A stretch of DNA of 61,102 nt. Origin: Firmicutes bacterium UBA4975. Lineage in GTDB: Bacteria; Bacillota; Proteinivoracia; UBA4975. The stretch is from positions 16,535-77,636 of the forward strand of contig DGZR01000001.1 in the NCBI GenBank assembly GCA_002397155.1. Direction: 5' to 3'. Positions within the stretch are counted from its first letter, which is position 1; each line of letters begins with the position of its first letter. The notes under the pieces were generated by a model. It did not search any database. It was not told the DNA's origin and saw only the letters and a program-made list of their open reading frames with translations. Shown one piece after another: positions 44,001-53,399 of the stretch. The position numbers were made by a program, and so were the translations under genes.

Positions 44001-46616
44001 ATGGGAATAGAAGATATGGGGGTAAAGCTGAAAACTGATCTGGAGAAGGGGCTTTCGCCGGCCGAGCGGCGCCGTCGCCTGAAAGAGGGCCCCAATGTGC
44101 TGGACAGAACTCGCAGCAGCCCTCTTTTAGTTTTTTTCAGTCAGTTTGCCGACACCATGGTGCTGATGCTCCTGGGGGCGACTTTGGTTTCTGCGGTTTT
44201 GGCGGAATACGCTGACGCTTTGACCATAGTGATAATCGTCATTCTCAACGCCTTACTGGGATTTATCCAGGAGTACAAAGCAGAACGCTCTTTGGAGGCG
44301 CTGCAAGACCTGACGGGGCCCCTGGCCCAGGTGCTTTCCGGGGGAGAAATTATCCAGGTGCCGGCAGCGGAGTTGGTGCCCGGGGACGTGGTCTTTCTCA
44401 AGGCGGGGGACCGGGTGCCCGCTGACCTCCAGGTTTTTCGCAGCAGCGGCCTGGAAATCGACGAATCCCCTTTCACCGGGGAAAACCTGCCGGTGCCCAA
44501 GGATGAGGAGGGGGAAAAACCTTACGCCTACATGGGCTGCCTGGTAACCCGGGGCAAGAGCAAGGGGCTGGTAATCGCCACTGGCATGTCAACCCAGATG
44601 GGCAAAATCGCCCACTTGCTGGGAAAGGCCGAACAGGGCCCCACCCCCCTGCAAAAGAGGCTGAGCCGGTTGGGCAACACCCTGGCTGCCATCTGCGCCG
44701 CCATTTGCTTGGTGGTGGCGGTGGCGGGGGTGCTGCGGGGGGAAGCCCTGTACAAGATGTTTATGGCGGGGGTCAGTTTGGCGGTGGCGGCCATCCCCGA
44801 GGGGCTGCCCGCCGTGGTCACCCTCTGTCTGACCTTTGGCCTCCAGCGCATGCTTCGGCGCAAGGCCATCGCCCGAAAACTGCCGGCGGTGGAGACTTTG
44901 GGCTCGGCCACCGTGATCTGCTCGGACAAGACCGGCACTTTGACCCAGAACCGGATGACGGTGGAAAGGGTTTTTTCCGGCGGCGCCGTCAGCGACTTAG
45001 CGGAAAATGGCAAAAGCCCGCCCCTGGGGGAGGCGCCCTCGGCCCTGAACTGGCTCTTGACCATCGGGGCCGTCTGCAACGGGGCCGTTCTCCAGGAAGG
45101 GAAAAACCGGGTAAAAATAATCGGGGATCCCACCGACGGCGCCCTCTTGCTGGCAGCGAAAAAAGCAGGACTGACCAGGGAGGGGCTGGCGTCTAGATTT
45201 GAGCCTATTCGGGAATACCCCTTTGATTCCCGGCGCAAAATGATGTCGGTTATCGTCAGAGATACCTGGACGGGGACGATGTACGCTTTTATCAAGGGGG
45301 CGCCGGAGGTAGTCCTGGCCCGGTGCACTCGCTACCAGGGCCGGTGGGGGGAAGAACCGGCGCCGATAGGACCCAGGCAGTTGGCAGGGGTGAACAAAAC
45401 CGGCGAGGGGTGGGCGGCCCAGGCCTACCGCCTGCTGGCGGTCGCCTGGAAGGAGTGCCGCCAGATTGACTTGGGCCAGCGAGAAACCGAATCGGACCTG
45501 ATCTTTTCCGGCCTGGTCGCTCTCAACGACCCTCCCCGGCCCCAGGTGCCCGACGCTATCCGCCGCTGCTTAAGAGCGGGGATTCGCCCGATAATGATCA
45601 CCGGTGATCATCGGGAAACCGCAGTGGCTGTCGCCCGGCGGATCGGTTTGCCCTTTGGCCCGGAGGGGGTGGTGACCGGCCGGGAACTGGAGGCTATGGG
45701 CGAGGGTGAACTGGCCGAGAGGATTTCTTCCCTGGCCATCTGCGCCCGGGTCTATCCCGAGCACAAGATGCGCATCGTCCGAGCCCTGAAAAAACAGGGG
45801 CAGGTGGTGGCCATGACCGGAGACGGCGTAAACGATGCGCCGGCGGTAAAAGAGGCGGACATCGGCATCGCCATGGGCATTGCCGGGACCGAGGTGACCA
45901 AGGAAGCGGCCAGTCTGGTCCTGGCCGACGACAACTTTGCCACAATCGTCGCCGCAGTGGAGGAAGGGAGGGTCATTTACAGCAATATCCGCAAGTTCAT
46001 CCGCTTTTTGCTCACTTGCAACACCGGAGAGGTTTTCACCATGTTTTTTGCCATCCTCCTGGGCCTGCCCCTGCCCCTCCGGGCGATTCAGATCCTCTGG
46101 ATCAACCTGGTGACCGACGGTCTGCCCGCCCTGGCCTTGAGCTTGGAACCGGCTGGGGCAGGCAGCATGGACCAGCCCCCCCGTTCGCAAAAAGAGGGGA
46201 TAATGGCCGGAGGAATGGGAAGGGATATCCTGGGCACCGGTCTTTTTATCGGGGGGCTGACAGTGGCGGTATTCGCTTTTTACCTGGCGGGAGGCCAATC
46301 CCTGGCCTACGCCCAGACTATGGCTTTGGCCGCTCTGATCAGCATCCAGCTCATTTTTGCCCTGGCCTGTCGGAAAAATGAAGAGGGGAAAACTCCGGGT
46401 CTAAGGGCTAACCCCTGGCTGGCGGGGGCCCTGACCGTCTCCTACGGCTTGCTCTGCCTGGTCCTCTATTCTCCCCCCCTGGCCCGGGTCTTTGGCACCG
46501 TGAGACTGACCCCACGGGACTGGGCCTTGGTCTTGGCCGTCTCCTTCCTGCCCCTCCTGGTCAGCATGGGCCTGGGAAAAATGAAGAGGGGCAAAAGGGA
46601 GGGAGAAAACTTGTAA
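44001..46616 (+). CDS. P-type Ca2+-transporting ATPase (YloB-like)
   Basis: CSDKTGTLTQNRM phosphorylation site, TGDGVNDAPA hinge and PEGLP in TM4 are present. 871 aa. Confidence 0.93.
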   Translation: MGIEDMGVKLKTDLEKGLSPAERRRRLKEGPNVLDRTRSSPLLVFFSQFADTMVLMLLGATLVSAVLAEYADALTIVIIVILNALLGFIQEYKAERSLEALQDLTGPLAQVLSGGEIIQVPAAELVPGDVVFLKAGDRVPADLQVFRSSGLEIDESPFTGENLPVPKDEEGEKPYAYMGCLVTRGKSKGLVIATGMSTQMGKIAHLLGKAEQGPTPLQKRLSRLGNTLAAICAAICLVVAVAGVLRGEALYKMFMAGVSLAVAAIPEGLPAVVTLCLTFGLQRMLRRKAIARKLPAVETLGSATVICSDKTGTLTQNRMTVERVFSGGAVSDLAENGKSPPLGEAPSALNWLLTIGAVCNGAVLQEGKNRVKIIGDPTDGALLLAAKKAGLTREGLASRFEPIREYPFDSRRKMMSVIVRDTWTGTMYAFIKGAPEVVLARCTRYQGRWGEEPAPIGPRQLAGVNKTGEGWAAQAYRLLAVAWKECRQIDLGQRETESDLIFSGLVALNDPPRPQVPDAIRRCLRAGIRPIMITGDHRETAVAVARRIGLPFGPEGVVTGRELEAMGEGELAERISSLAICARVYPEHKMRIVRALKKQGQVVAMTGDGVNDAPAVKEADIGIAMGIAGTEVTKEAASLVLADDNFATIVAAVEEGRVIYSNIRKFIRFLLTCNTGEVFTMFFAILLGLPLPLRAIQILWINLVTDGLPALALSLEPAGAGSMDQPPRSQKEGIMAGGMGRDILGTGLFIGGLTVAVFAFYLAGGQSLAYAQTMALAALISIQLIFALACRKNEEGKTPGLRANPWLAGALTVSYGLLCLVLYSPPLARVFGTVRLTPRDWALVLAVSFLPLLVSMGLGKMKRGKREGENL

Positions 46617-46659
46617 ACCCCTGCCAGTTTAGATAAAATAGTTTACTGGAGGTGGGGCT

Positions 46660-47502
46660 ATGGCGACGAGCATGACTGGTTTTGCCCGGCAGCGCTTTGA
46701 ACTGGCCGGATCGGCCTTGGTCATCGAGGTAAAGACTCTGAACCACAAGACCCTGGACATACACTGCCGCCTGCCGGAGCCCTACTGGGCCCTCGATGTT
46801 CCCCTGCGCCGACGGGTAAAAGACTATGTCTGCCGGGGCCGGGTGGACCTAAAGATTACCTTGGAGCAGGAAAATGCGGGGGCAATTGAATTAAATCAGC
46901 CGGTCTATGCCGCATACTTGCAGATTCTTCAGGCTGTTTCCCCGCCGGGGACATCCTGGGACCCTGTGGCTCTCCTCAGCCTTCCCCAAATCCTCACCAG
47001 CCGGGAAGAAGAACTCCCCGAGGAGTCCTTTTGGCCTTTTTTGGAGGACACCCTGGCTCGGCTCCGGGCAGACCGAGAGCGGGAGGGGGACCTGCTCTGG
47101 GCGGACATTAAGGACAAAGTCCGGTCTCTTGCCGAACTGCTCAATCGGTTAGAGGGTCTGGCGGCCCTTCAGGAGGAAGAAGTGGGGACCAGACTGCGCC
47201 AGCGCCTGTCCCAACTGGGTGAGCTCGAGGAAAACCGGGTCCTGACCGAAGTGGCCCTTTTGGCCGATAAGTCCAACATCAACGAGGAGATGGTGCGCTT
47301 TCGGGCCCATCTGGGGGAATTGGAGAAGTGGGGGGGGCGCCGGGAAGCGGTGGGACGCCGCTTGGAGTTCTTGGGCCAGGAAATGTTGCGGGAGGTAAAC
47401 ACCATTGCCGCCAAGAGCGCTCTCTACGAAATCTCCAAAACTGCCGTCGAAATAAAATCCCAGCTTGAAAAGATCAGGGAACAGGTGTTAAATATCGAAT
47501 AG
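46660..47502 (+). CDS. yicC: YicC/YloC-family endoribonuclease
   Basis: MTGFAR...E.K..NHK N-terminus and C-terminal EMLREVNTIAAKS...IKSQLEKIREQVLNIE. Confidence 0.92.
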   Translation: MATSMTGFARQRFELAGSALVIEVKTLNHKTLDIHCRLPEPYWALDVPLRRRVKDYVCRGRVDLKITLEQENAGAIELNQPVYAAYLQILQAVSPPGTSWDPVALLSLPQILTSREEELPEESFWPFLEDTLARLRADREREGDLLWADIKDKVRSLAELLNRLEGLAALQEEEVGTRLRQRLSQLGELEENRVLTEVALLADKSNINEEMVRFRAHLGELEKWGGRREAVGRRLEFLGQEMLREVNTIAAKSALYEISKTAVEIKSQLEKIREQVLNIE

Positions 47503-47505
47503 GAG

Positions 47506-47769
47506 TTGGAAGCTTTGCGTTTAGTAAACATAGGGTTTGGCAACATCGTCTCGGCGGGGCGGATAATCGCCATCGTCGGCCCCGAAAGCGCCCCGATCAA
47601 GCGGAACGTCCAGGAAGCCCGGGACAAGGGGACCTTGATCGACGCCACCTACGGTCGGCGCACCCGGGCGGTGGTCATAATGGATTCGGGCCACATCATT
47701 CTCTCCTCGGTCCAACCGGAAACCGTGGCCGGCCGGTTAGTCGGCAAGCCTGCAGACTTTAGCGAATAG
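47506..47769 (+). CDS. remA: RemA/YlzA (DUF370) regulator
   Basis: [28 protein letters not shown]...[24 protein letters not shown] is almost co-linear with B. subtilis RemA. TTG start. Confidence 0.93.
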   Translation: MEALRLVNIGFGNIVSAGRIIAIVGPESAPIKRNVQEARDKGTLIDATYGRRTRAVVIMDSGHIILSSVQPETVAGRLVGKPADFSE

Positions 47770-47780
47770 GGGGATAAAAA

Positions 47781-47984
47781 ATGCTCAAGCCTTCAATAGA
47801 CAGCCTGCTGGAAAAGGTGGACAGCAAGTACACCCTGGTCCTGGCGGCCGCTCGCCGGGCCCGGAACATTCAAAATAGCGGGGGCCCGAAAACCGGCGAA
47901 AAAAAACCGGTCACCACCGCTCTGGAAGAGATCCTCAATGACCAATTGGAGTACGCTCCCGTTAAGAGCACCGAAAAAAAATAG
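47781..47984 (+). CDS. rpoZ: DNA-directed RNA polymerase subunit omega
   Basis: PSIDSLLEKVDSKYTLVLAAARRAR. 67 aa. Confidence 0.95.
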   Translation: MLKPSIDSLLEKVDSKYTLVLAAARRARNIQNSGGPKTGEKKPVTTALEEILNDQLEYAPVKSTEKK

Positions 47985-48008
47985 ACGTCGGGGACGTTTA
48001 TTTTTTTT
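47985..48008 (+). terminator. Weak stem-loop plus long T-run after rpoZ
   Basis: ACGTC / GGG / GACGT then TTTATTTTTTTT. The upstream A-run can extend the stem, giving a bidirectional-type structure. Confidence 0.5.
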
Positions 48009-48044
48009 ACCCGGACTACCTTTTTTGCCTCCGGAACCAAGGTT

Positions 48045-48072
48045 TTCACCCCCTGTTTGCGTGTGTTATAAT
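48045..48072 (+). promoter_or_regulatory. Sigma-A promoter candidate for priA
   Basis: TTCACC (48045-48050), 16 nt, TG-T-TATAAT (48064-48072). The predicted TSS lies just before the SD GGGAGGGAG. Confidence 0.5.
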
Positions 48073-48093
48073 GTTGGGCAGGGAGGGAGAAAA

Positions 48094-50220
48094 ATGCAGG
48101 TGGCCCGGGTCGTCATTTTTGGCAAGTACGCGGATATCGAAAAACCCTTGGACTACCTGATCCCTGCCGGCTTAGAAGTGACCCCCGGGAGTATCGTCCG
48201 GGTGCCCTTAGGACCCAGGGTTGTCGAAGGGCTGGTCACCTCCCGCCCCGAGCTGGCCCAGGTCCCGGATTTAAAAAAAGTACTGGCCCTCAATGAGAGA
48301 AAGCTGCCCCAGGAGTTCCTCGAGCTGGCGCCCTGGCTGGCGGTTCAGGCCGGCTGTTCAACGGCTCAGGCCCTTTCCGCCATGCTTCCTCCGGCCGGTA
48401 CCGGCCAGGCGCCCCTGCGCTGGCAGTTGGATGACCAAGCCGCCGCTAATCTTTCCTTGACCGAAAAACAGGGGCTGGTGGCGGACTTTATGCGAAACCA
48501 GACCTCTCTGGCCAAGGCAGAAATTGCTCGGGCCTTGGCTATTTCTACCGTCCCCATCGACAATTTGATTGCCAAGGGCGGGTTGAAACCGGTGGAGGAC
48601 ACCCTTTCCCCTACCCACTGGGATCTGCCCCCGGTGCGTCAATTGACTGCCGATCAAGCCGCAGTGTTGGAGCAAGTCGGGCGGCAAAAAAGCGGCGTCT
48701 TCGTCTTGCACGGAGTGGCCGGCAGCGGCAAAACCGAAGTCTACATCCGTTTGGCCCGCCAAGTTCTGGCCGCCGGCCGGCAGGTTCTAGTGCTGGCCCC
48801 GGAAATCGCCCTCACCGCCCAGTTGGTCGCTCGCTATCGCGCCGCCTTTGGCCCGGTGTCTTTATGGCACAGCAGCTTGGCCGGCAGTCAGCGGGCCGCC
48901 CAGTGGGATAAAATTTACCGGGGCGAGGCCAGGGTGGTGGTGGGAACCAGGTCCGCCGTCTTTGCCCCCTTCGCCGACTTGGGCCTGGTAGTCATCGACG
49001 AGGAGCATGAGTTGGCCTACAAGCAAGAAGAAGCTCCCCGCTACCATGCCCGGGATGTGGCGGTATTCCGGGCCCGGCACCACGGGGCCATCCTCCTCTT
49101 GGGCAGTGCCACCCCCTCTTTGGAAACGTATTCTCGGGCCCATACCGGTCACTGGACTCCCCTTTGCATGCCCCGGCGGGTTTTTGCCGCCAGCAGCTTA
49201 GAAGCGGAGATCGTCGATATGCGCCAGGAGCTCAGCCAAGGAAACCGGGGCATGCTCAGCCGGGCTCTGACCCAGGCCCTCACTGATACCCTGGCTCGAA
49301 AGGAGCAGGCCCTGCTTTTTTTAAATCGCCGGGGGGTTGCCCCCTCTGTTCTTTGCCGCAACTGCGGCTTTCGCTACACCTGCCCCAATTGTTCTACTTC
49401 TATGACCCTGCACGACCGGGGCTTGCTCCGCTGCCACCACTGCGGGGCCAGCGGCCGGGTGGCCCTGGCCTGTCCCCGCTGCGGCAGCAAGTACTTGCGT
49501 GAGCTGGGGGTGGGCACCCAAAAGCTGGAGACCCTCTTGGCCTCCCTTTTTCCCGGCGCCTCCCTCAGCCGTCTGGACGGAGATACGGCAGGCACCGCCT
49601 CCGGCCGGGAAAAGCGCCTCTATGATTTTTACCGGCAGGAATCGGGTATACTCTTGGGAACCCAAATGATCGCCAAGGGGCTGGATTTTCCCAAAGTCTC
49701 CTTGGTGGGGGTCGTCTTGGCCGATTTGAGCTTGGCCATGCCGGACTTTCGGGCCGCCGAACGAACTTTTCAACTGGTGACCCAGGCCGGGGGCAGGACG
49801 GGCAGGGCTGAACTGCCCGGCCGAGTGATCATCCAGACTTACCAGCCCGACCATTACAGCCTGCAGCACGCCCTGGCGGGGGACTATCCCGGCTTTTACC
49901 GCCAGGAGATGGCGGTGCGAAAAAAGGCCGGACTGCCGCCTTATTCCGCTCTAACCCGGATCGTCCTCAGCGCCCGGGAGCAAGGGCCCCTGCTCAAGCA
50001 AGCCCGGATCCTGGAGAGTCTCTTGGAGCAGGAAGGATTTGCGCTCTTATTTTCCGGGCCTCCCCCCCTGGAGAGGCTAAAAGGGCGGTGGCGCTGGCAC
50101 TTTATTCTGAGACTTCCCCCCCGGGAACCTTGGCAAAGGGTGGCTAAACTGCGCCGGGAGGTAAAACCCGATCGCGCTGTCCGCCTCGTTATAGATAACA
50201 ATCCCTATAGTTTTATGTAG
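48094..50220 (+). CDS. priA: Primosomal replication restart helicase PriA
   Basis: The ATG at 48094 follows GGGAGGGAG. GVAGSGKTEVY Walker A, DEEH box and Cys-rich zinc insert CRNCG...CPNC...CHHCG...CPRCG are present. The longer track ORF (47938) runs through rpoZ and the terminator and is rejected. Confidence 0.95.
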   Translation: MQVARVVIFGKYADIEKPLDYLIPAGLEVTPGSIVRVPLGPRVVEGLVTSRPELAQVPDLKKVLALNERKLPQEFLELAPWLAVQAGCSTAQALSAMLPPAGTGQAPLRWQLDDQAAANLSLTEKQGLVADFMRNQTSLAKAEIARALAISTVPIDNLIAKGGLKPVEDTLSPTHWDLPPVRQLTADQAAVLEQVGRQKSGVFVLHGVAGSGKTEVYIRLARQVLAAGRQVLVLAPEIALTAQLVARYRAAFGPVSLWHSSLAGSQRAAQWDKIYRGEARVVVGTRSAVFAPFADLGLVVIDEEHELAYKQEEAPRYHARDVAVFRARHHGAILLLGSATPSLETYSRAHTGHWTPLCMPRRVFAASSLEAEIVDMRQELSQGNRGMLSRALTQALTDTLARKEQALLFLNRRGVAPSVLCRNCGFRYTCPNCSTSMTLHDRGLLRCHHCGASGRVALACPRCGSKYLRELGVGTQKLETLLASLFPGASLSRLDGDTAGTASGREKRLYDFYRQESGILLGTQMIAKGLDFPKVSLVGVVLADLSLAMPDFRAAERTFQLVTQAGGRTGRAELPGRVIIQTYQPDHYSLQHALAGDYPGFYRQEMAVRKKAGLPPYSALTRIVLSAREQGPLLKQARILESLLEQEGFALLFSGPPPLERLKGRWRWHFILRLPPREPWQRVAKLRREVKPDRAVRLVIDNNPYSFM

Positions 50221-50232
50221 GAGGTGGCTTTT

Positions 50233-50709
50233 ATGGCACTAAGAGAGATAAGAAAGCTCGGTGATCCGATCCTGCGGCAAAAGGCGGTTTCGCTGAGAGA
50301 CTTTAAAAAGGCGGGTCCGATTCTGGAAGATATGGCCCAAACTATGGAACACTATCGAGGGGTGGGCTTGGCCGCGCCCCAAATCGGCCTGGGTTTAGCC
50401 CTTGTCACCATCCGGCCCGCCGAGGAGCTGCCGGTGCTTGAGCTTGTCAATCCAAGAATCCTGAAAAAAAAGGGCGAAGAACTGGAGGTAGAGGGCTGCC
50501 TGAGCTGCCCCGGCACTTTTGGCCAAGTCCCCCGCGCCACCGAGGTAGAGCTCCAGTACCAGGACCGGCGGGGCCGGCGCAAGACCCTTAATGCCACGGG
50601 GTTTCTTGCCCGGGTCATCCAGCACGAGCTGGACCACCTTGAGGGCATATTGTTCTTGGACAAAGCCAGCAGCCTGGTGGACGAGGAGGAAGGCCAGTGG
50701 CAGTCATAG
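50233..50709 (+). CDS. def: Peptide deformylase
   Basis: The ATG at 50233 lies 8 nt after AGGAGG. GVGLAAPQIG, EGCLSCPG and QHELDHL motifs are present. Confidence 0.96.
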   Translation: MALREIRKLGDPILRQKAVSLRDFKKAGPILEDMAQTMEHYRGVGLAAPQIGLGLALVTIRPAEELPVLELVNPRILKKKGEELEVEGCLSCPGTFGQVPRATEVELQYQDRRGRRKTLNATGFLARVIQHELDHLEGILFLDKASSLVDEEEGQWQS

Positions 50710-51620
50710 CCTTCCTTGGCACCTCTCAGTTTGCCTGCCGGGCCCTGGACGGCCTGGAAAGGGCCCGGCGCTTGCCCGCCCTGGTCATCACCCGCCGGGA
50801 CAGCTCCGGGGGCCGAAAGGGCCGACCCCAAGTCCCTCCGGTGAAAAAGTGGGCTGTAAAAAGGGGACTGCCACTATGGCAGCCGGCAAACATAAACAGC
50901 GAAGAGAGTCTGGCCCGGCTCAGGTCCCTTGGGCCCCACCTCTTGGTGGTGGTGGCTTATGGCCGCCTACTGGGACCCTCGGTCCTGTCCCTGCCCTCCC
51001 TTGGCGCCATCAATGTCCATGCCTCGCTGCTTCCCGATCTGCGGGGGGCCGCCCCGGTGGAGCGGGCAATAATGCTGGGCTTTAGCGAAACCGGGGTCAC
51101 TACCATGTACATGGATGCCGGTCTTGATACCGGCGATATCATTCTCCAAGAAAAGACCGCTATCGGCCCGGAAGAAACCGGGGGAGAGCTAATGGAGCGC
51201 TTGGCCGGCCTGGGTCAGGAGCTTTTGCTGGAGACTATCGAGCTCATTTTACAGGGCAAAGCACCCCGTCGGCCCCAGCCCACCCAGTGCCCCAATTACG
51301 CCCCGCCGCTCAGCCCGGCGGATGAACGCCTGGACTGGACCCAGCCGGCGGAAATCCTGGCCAACCAAGTCAGGGCTCTGGCACCCGAACCCGGCTGCTA
51401 CTGCATTTTTCGCGGGAAGAGACTAAAGGTGTACCGGGGAGGGGCTTTTCCCGGCCAGGCCGCCCCCGGCGAACTGGTCCTGGAAGGGAAAAGGGTGCTG
51501 GTAGGCACCGGCCGGGGCCTGTTGGCCCTAGTTTCCCTAAAAGCCGAGGGGAAAAAACTGACGACGGCCGAGGATTTTGCTAACGGTTACCGCCTGCGGC
51601 CGGGCGAGTTCTTTTTATAG
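50697..51620 (+). CDS. fmt: Methionyl-tRNA formyltransferase
   Basis: GTG start after GAGGAGGAAGG, overlapping def. NVHASLLPDLRGAAP motif is present. Confidence 0.95.
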   Translation: MAVIAFLGTSQFACRALDGLERARRLPALVITRRDSSGGRKGRPQVPPVKKWAVKRGLPLWQPANINSEESLARLRSLGPHLLVVVAYGRLLGPSVLSLPSLGAINVHASLLPDLRGAAPVERAIMLGFSETGVTTMYMDAGLDTGDIILQEKTAIGPEETGGELMERLAGLGQELLLETIELILQGKAPRRPQPTQCPNYAPPLSPADERLDWTQPAEILANQVRALAPEPGCYCIFRGKRLKVYRGGAFPGQAAPGELVLEGKRVLVGTGRGLLALVSLKAEGKKLTTAEDFANGYRLRPGEFFL

Positions 51621-51647
51621 TCTTTTTAGAAAAACTGAGGTGAATCC

Positions 51648-52664
51648 ATGTTTGCCCTACAGGCTAACCGCTTTCAAAAAATAGCTGAAGAGCTGGAGCT
51701 GCCGGCTTACCGGCTTTCCCAGATCCGGGAATGGATCTACCGGCGCTATGCTAGCGATTTTTACGAGATGAGCAACCTTTCCCTGGCCCTGAGAGAGACC
51801 CTGTCCGCCAAGTACCGGGTCACCGAATCCCAGGTAGTGGCGGTAAAGCCCGGCCACAGCTCGGTAAAGCTGCTGATCCAGTACCCCGACGGGGCAAAAA
51901 TCGAGGGGGTCGTCCTCCGCTATCGCGACTGGTCCAGCGCCTGCCTCTCCACCCAGGTGGGCTGTGCCATGGGCTGCGCTTTTTGCGCCACCGGTCCCTT
52001 GGGCTTAAAGCGCGACTTAAGCGCCGAAGAGATCGGAGAACAGCTCTGGCACTGCGGCCAGTACGTAAGTAAAAATGAGCTGCCTCCTTTGCGCAATGTT
52101 GTCTTGATGGGCATCGGCGAACCCCTGGCCAATTACCGCAATACGGTGGACTTCATCGGCCTGGCCAATGATCCCCAGCTTTTTGGCATCGGCCAGCGGC
52201 GGATTACCGTGTCCACCGCGGGGTTGGTCTCCCAGATCCTGGAGCTGGCCAAGTTAAAGTTGTCCGTTACTTTGGCAGTTTCCCTCCACGCCCCCAATGA
52301 GGCTCTGCGCAACCGCTTAATGCCCATCAGCCGCAAGCAGCCCTTGCAGGATATAGTGGCTGCGTGTAGAAAATATACTGAAACAACCGGACGGCGGGTA
52401 ACTTATGAGTACCTGCTCTTGGGCGGCGTCAATGACCAGGAAAGCCACGCCGCCGAACTGGTGCGCCTGCTCAGGGGAGAGAACTGCCTGGTAAATCTGC
52501 TCCCCTACAATCAGGTGGCCGGCGCTTCTTTTCGCCCCAGTTCCAGGGCCCCGGCTTTTTTGCGGCAGCTTGAACAGGGGGGCCTTCAAGTGACAATCCG
52601 CCGCAGCCTAGGCCAGGATATCGCCGGGGCGTGCGGCCAACTGCGGGCAAAGCTCGAACAGTAG
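51648..52664 (+). CDS. rlmN: 23S rRNA/tRNA A2503/A37 C2-methyltransferase (radical SAM)
   Basis: CLSTQVGCAMGCAFCATG radical-SAM cluster and the C-terminal GQDIAGACGQL motif are present. Confidence 0.95.
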   Translation: MFALQANRFQKIAEELELPAYRLSQIREWIYRRYASDFYEMSNLSLALRETLSAKYRVTESQVVAVKPGHSSVKLLIQYPDGAKIEGVVLRYRDWSSACLSTQVGCAMGCAFCATGPLGLKRDLSAEEIGEQLWHCGQYVSKNELPPLRNVVLMGIGEPLANYRNTVDFIGLANDPQLFGIGQRRITVSTAGLVSQILELAKLKLSVTLAVSLHAPNEALRNRLMPISRKQPLQDIVAACRKYTETTGRRVTYEYLLLGGVNDQESHAAELVRLLRGENCLVNLLPYNQVAGASFRPSSRAPAFLRQLEQGGLQVTIRRSLGQDIAGACGQLRAKLEQ

Positions 52665-52678
52665 GGAGGGGGAGGGCC

Positions 52679-53380
52679 ATGAGAGTTGTAGGAACCAGCA
52701 ACCCGGGTCTGGTCAGGGGAAATAACGAGGACGCCTACGCCATCAGACGGGACCTGGGGCTGCTCTTAGTCGCCGACGGCATGGGCGGCCATGCCGCCGG
52801 GGAAGAGGCGAGCAGGCTGGCGGTGAGAACAATTGTCCGCAGCCTAGAAAATTGGCGGGGACAGCCCGAAGAAGGGGTAAAAGAAGCCCTGGAGGCGGCA
52901 AACCGCGGGATTCTGGCCAAGGCCGCCGCCGCCCCCGCCCTGGCGGGGATGGGCACCACTTGCACCCTGGTCTTGGTGTTTCCCGAATACCTGGTCACCG
53001 GGCAAATCGGTGATTCCATGGCTTTTCTCATCGACTCGGACTTTAGGCCCCTCACTGGGGATCACTCCGTCAGTGGCCAGCTCTTAGCCGCGGGCAAGAT
53101 CACCCGGGAGGAGGCGGCCCAGCATCCCCAGCGCCATGTTTTGACCCGGGCCCTGGGCATCGACACCTGTCCTGAAATCGAGGTGGGGCGCCACCGCTGG
53201 CAGCCCGGCCAGAAATTGCTCCTTTGCACCGACGGCCTGACCGAAGTGGTTCTTCCCCAGGAGATGCATAAGGCCGCCACCGGCAGCGGCGGCTTGAGAA
53301 CCAGGGTCAGTGCCTTGCTGGGCCTGGCCCTGGAGCGAGGCGCTCCCGATAACGTGACAATTATCCTCGCACAACTGTGA
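52679..53380 (+). CDS. PP2C-family Ser/Thr phosphatase (PrpC/Stp)
   Basis: The ATG at 52679 follows GGGAGGGGGAGGG. G.VR..NED, ADGMGGH and DGLT...DN.T motifs are present. Confidence 0.93.
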   Translation: MRVVGTSNPGLVRGNNEDAYAIRRDLGLLLVADGMGGHAAGEEASRLAVRTIVRSLENWRGQPEEGVKEALEAANRGILAKAAAAPALAGMGTTCTLVLVFPEYLVTGQIGDSMAFLIDSDFRPLTGDHSVSGQLLAAGKITREEAAQHPQRHVLTRALGIDTCPEIEVGRHRWQPGQKLLLCTDGLTEVVLPQEMHKAATGSGGLRTRVSALLGLALERGAPDNVTIILAQL

Positions 53381-53399
53381 CAGGGGAGGGGTGACGAAA

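Noticed and set aside
47938-48093. N-terminal extensions proposed by the longest-ORF track for priA (47938), murD (25966), PP2C (52631), rpmB (57384), spoIIGA (33071), mraZ (19737), prkC (53391) and def (50224).
   Set aside because: The extensions overlap upstream genes, terminators or promoters, lack an SD, and add residues absent from the conserved family N-termini. In each case an internal start with a good SD restores the canonical N-terminus.
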